Source of the DNA: Allosphingosinicella sp.
GTDB lineage: Bacteria; Pseudomonadota; Alphaproteobacteria; Sphingomonadales; Sphingomonadaceae
DNA length: 64,000 nt
Assembly (NCBI GenBank): GCA_036403015.1
Contig: DASWRU010000048.1
Coordinates: 3,532-67,531 of the forward strand
Direction: 5' to 3'
Both the position numbers and the translations under genes were made by a program. Positions within the stretch are counted from its first letter, which is position 1. Each line of letters opens with the position of its first letter. The notes below the pieces were generated by a model. The model ran no database searches and was not told the DNA's origin. It saw only the letters and a list, made by a program, of their open reading frames with translations. Shown here piece after piece: positions 61,558-64,000 of this stretch.

Positions 61558-62091
61558 TCAGGCGGCCAGCGCCCTCACCCTGTCGAGGTGCATCTGGACG
61601 ACGGGCACCGCCGCGTTCGCCACCGCGCGCAGCGCCGCCGTGTCGCCGTTCGTGCCGTAATTGCTGTGGAGGGCAAGCGCCATCTGGTGGGCCTGGACCT
61701 GCTGCGCGAGATAGACGCGGTCGAAATCGGCGCTCGACGCGGCTTGGAGCTGGTTCATCATCGTCGCCTGCATGGGAAGCAGCGCCGGGACCGGCGGGGC
61801 CATGCCGGCGGCCTGGGCGGCGGCGGTGAGCTGGGCGGTGGTCCGGCTGTGATCGTCGATCATCATCTGGGCGAAGTCCCGCACCTCGGGCCGCTGGGCG
61901 CGCGAGCGCGCGAGTTGCGAGGACTGGATCTCGAACATGTCGCTGGCGGCGGCCATGCCGACATAGGCGTCGCGCTGCGTCGGAGTCATGTCGCCCGAAG
62001 CGGCCGCGGACATGGCGGCCTCGTCGGCGGCGCAGGCCGAAAGCGCGAGCGAGACGGCGGCCGCCGCCGCAATCAGCAGGGTACGTGACAT
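61558..62091 (-). CDS. DUF4142 domain lipoprotein
   Basis: Inner start with lipobox LALSAC. FEIQSSQLA...VRDFAQMMIDDHSRT. Confidence 0.7.
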   Translation of the reverse strand: MSRTLLIAAAAAVSLALSACAADEAAMSAAASGDMTPTQRDAYVGMAAASDMFEIQSSQLARSRAQRPEVRDFAQMMIDDHSRTTAQLTAAAQAAGMAPPVPALLPMQATMMNQLQAASSADFDRVYLAQQVQAHQMALALHSNYGTNGDTAALRAVANAAVPVVQMHLDRVRALAA

Positions 62092-62191
62092 TGCGGGCTC
62101 CTTGGGCAATGAATGCGCTCGAAACCGGACGCCGGGCGCCCGGTTCCGGCCCAGCGAGGCGGAGCTGATGTGGGTTAGCGAGATTCCCGGC

Positions 62192-62356
62192 TCAGCCGCC
62201 GGCGAGGCCTTCGACGATTTTGCCGGTACCGTTGCAGACGGGGCAGGGGACGCCGTCATGCTCCCCGGTGCCGCCGCAATGGCGGCAGATATTCTCGCTT
62301 GTGCCGGGGGTACCGGGAGCGGCTTCGTCGCCAGGCGCGGTGTCACCGTTGCTCAT
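62192..62356 (-). CDS. mini zinc-finger protein (54 aa, DnaJ-type CxxCxGxG x2)
   Basis: Inner start MSNGD. CRHCGGTG...CPVCNGTG. Confidence 0.5.
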   Translation of the reverse strand: MSNGDTAPGDEAAPGTPGTSENICRHCGGTGEHDGVPCPVCNGTGKIVEGLAGG

Positions 62357-62428
62357 GGCGCCTCCAACACGGATGGGCCGGGCCGGTTCCCACCGGCGCG
62401 GAACCGGCCCCGTCGCGGCGGGTTTGCG

Positions 62429-62953
62429 ATGCCCATGAAGCTGTGCCTTCCAGCCGCCGCGGCCGCCGCCCTCGCCGCGGCCGCGCCGGCCCATGCCGAC
62501 GAGATATTCGGCGGCGTCTACGCCCATGACGTCAACTGGATCACCGTCAGCGGCATCGAAACCGGCGCCGACGTCGAGATCGGCTGGCGCGGCGACCGCA
62601 TCCTGCCCGTCATCGGCGGGCCGCAGCCCCATGCCTTCGTCTCGGTCAACAGCGACGGCGACACCCATTTCGCCGCGGCCGGCCTCAGCTGGCGGATCGG
62701 CAGCCCGGTCTACGTCCGCCCGGGGATCGGCCTTGCCGTCCACACCGGCCCCGGCCGCTTCGACCCCACCGGCCGGCGCATCTGGTTCGGCTCGCGCGTG
62801 CTGTTCGAGCCGGAGCTGGGCATCGGCTACCGCCTCAACGACCGCGTCTCGCTAGAGGCCAGCTGGGTCCATCTCAGCCACGCCAAATTGTTCAGCGCCC
62901 AGAATCCGGGCCTCGACACGGTCGGGGTGCGGGTCAATGTCAAGCTGCGCTGA
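62429..62953 (+). CDS. acyloxyacyl hydrolase / PagL-like lipid deacylase outer-membrane protein
   Basis: Inner ATG. Signal peptide ...AAPAHA. The C-terminal EASWVHLSHAKLFSAQNPGLDTVGVRV carries the His/Ser pair. Confidence 0.7.
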   Translation: MPMKLCLPAAAAAALAAAAPAHADEIFGGVYAHDVNWITVSGIETGADVEIGWRGDRILPVIGGPQPHAFVSVNSDGDTHFAAAGLSWRIGSPVYVRPGIGLAVHTGPGRFDPTGRRIWFGSRVLFEPELGIGYRLNDRVSLEASWVHLSHAKLFSAQNPGLDTVGVRVNVKLR

Positions 62954-63013
62954 GCCATTGCCGGTATCGGCCCGCGACCTTAACCTGAACGGCATGAGGC
63001 CGATATTCCGTTG

Positions 63014-64000
63014 ATGCTGCGCCGGCGCGACGCGATCCTCGCCGGAGCCGCGCTCTTCGCGAGCCGGGCCGGGGGGCGCAGCCGGACGAGCCGCTTCGTG
63101 ACTCGGCACGGCACCGCCCTGCTGCGCGGCGGGCGTCGTTACCGCTTCGCCGGCGCGAACATGTGGTATGCGGCCTATGTCGGGCCGACCGACCCCGCGC
63201 GGCTGCGGCGGGAGCTGGACCGGCTCGCCGCGCTCGGCGTCGCCAACCTGCGCATCCTCGCCGCGTCGGAGCTGTCGCCGCTCAAGAATTCGCTGCGCCC
63301 CGCCTTCCACGACCGGACGCCGCCTCATGACGAGCGCCTGCTTCGCGGCCTCGACCTCGCGCTCGCGGAGGTCGGCCGGCGGGGGATGACGGCCGTCGTC
63401 TATCTCAATAATTTCTGGGAATGGTCCGGGGGGATGGCGACCTATCTCTACTGGACCAATGGCGGGCGTTATGTCGACATGAACGACCCGGGGCATCCCT
63501 GGCCGGAATTTCCCGATTTCACCTCCGGCTTCTACGAAAGCGGGCCGGCAATGGCGCTGTCGCACGATTATCTGCGCGGCGTGGTCCGGCGCGTGAATAC
63601 CGTGACCGGCCGGCTTTATCGCGATGATCCGGCGATCATGGCCTGGCAGCTCGCCAACGAGCCCCGGCCGGGCGGCAGCGAGGCGGTCGCGGCGGAACGC
63701 ATGCCGGCCTTCCGCGCCTGGGTGGCGGCGACGGCGCGGCTGATCAAGTCGCGCGACCCCAATCACCTCGTCTCCACCGGCAGCGAGGGGCTGAAGGGCT
63801 GCGTCGAGAGCGCCGCCTGCGTGCTCGCCGAGCACGCGATCCCGGAGGTGGATTATCTCACCGCCCATGTCTGGCCGTTGAACTGGAGCTGGGTGGACAC
63901 CGCCGACCTCGCCGGCACCTGGGCGGCGGGCGAAGCGAAGGTGAGCGACTATCTCGTCCGACACATCGCGCTTGCGGCCCAGCTCGGCAAGCCGCTGGTG
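63014..64000 (+). CDS. glycoside hydrolase family 5 (mannanase-like), 3'-truncated by the window end
   Basis: Not in the ORF track because it is open at the 3' end. Tat-type signal MLRRRDAILAGAALFA, then YRFAGANMWY, VVYLNNFWEWSGG and AWQLANEPRP (NEP catalytic Glu). The frame stays open to position 64000. Confidence 0.75.
   Translation, partial: MLRRRDAILAGAALFASRAGGRSRTSRFVTRHGTALLRGGRRYRFAGANMWYAAYVGPTDPARLRRELDRLAALGVANLRILAASELSPLKNSLRPAFHDRTPPHDERLLRGLDLALAEVGRRGMTAVVYLNNFWEWSGGMATYLYWTNGGRYVDMNDPGHPWPEFPDFTSGFYESGPAMALSHDYLRGVVRRVNTVTGRLYRDDPAIMAWQLANEPRPGGSEAVAAERMPAFRAWVAATARLIKSRDPNHLVSTGSEGLKGCVESAACVLAEHAIPEVDYLTAHVWPLNWSWVDTADLAGTWAAGEAKVSDYLVRHIALAAQLGKPLV

Noticed and set aside
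62852-63964. 370-aa minus-strand ORF listed in the track
   Set aside because: The opposite strand carries an unlisted 3'-open frame with a Tat signal and clear GH5 motifs (NNFWEWSGG, WQLANEP). The minus ORF is its antisense shadow.

Overview
High-GC alphaproteobacterial chromosome segment with Sphingomonadales-like gene content. It is densely coding: about 85 CDS are called, and I found no rRNA, tRNA or CRISPR. Core genes include a thiolase/MaoC pair, putA, an adenine deaminase-type gene, MscS, topoisomerase IB, tatABC-scpAB, class I RNR nrdA/nrdB, crcB, an RluA-family synthase, gmk and an ATP12 chaperone, plus many small lipoproteins and hypotheticals. Main accessory observations: (1) A 3.8-kb AT-richer islet sits at the nrdB stop codon (31.7-35.5 kb). 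It holds BrnTA, a displaced degenerate copy of the nrdB 3' end, a translationally coupled trio (Panacea/DUF4065 antitoxin-like protein, 230-aa orphan protein, minimal MT-A70 methyltransferase), and a convergent C-protein plus BglII/BamHI-like nuclease. I do not recognise this combination as a described system, and it is the best candidate for something new. (2) An RpfF-type DSF-family synthase lies between a membrane GGDEF-EAL protein and a FadL-type porin. (3) A cI/Cro-like divergent switch carries an alphaproteobacterial SOS box. (4) A cluster of EcfG-type (GGAAC-N16/17-CGTT) promoters includes one that drives a terminator-bounded, C-rich candidate sRNA. (5) There are three REP/MITE families, with two copies inserted in frame inside putA. 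(6) HicAB has a palindromic operator. (7) Two ORFs are missing from the supplied track: a 53-aa coupled ORF and a 3'-open GH5 gene. All family assignments come from motif recognition by eye; no database search or computation was run.
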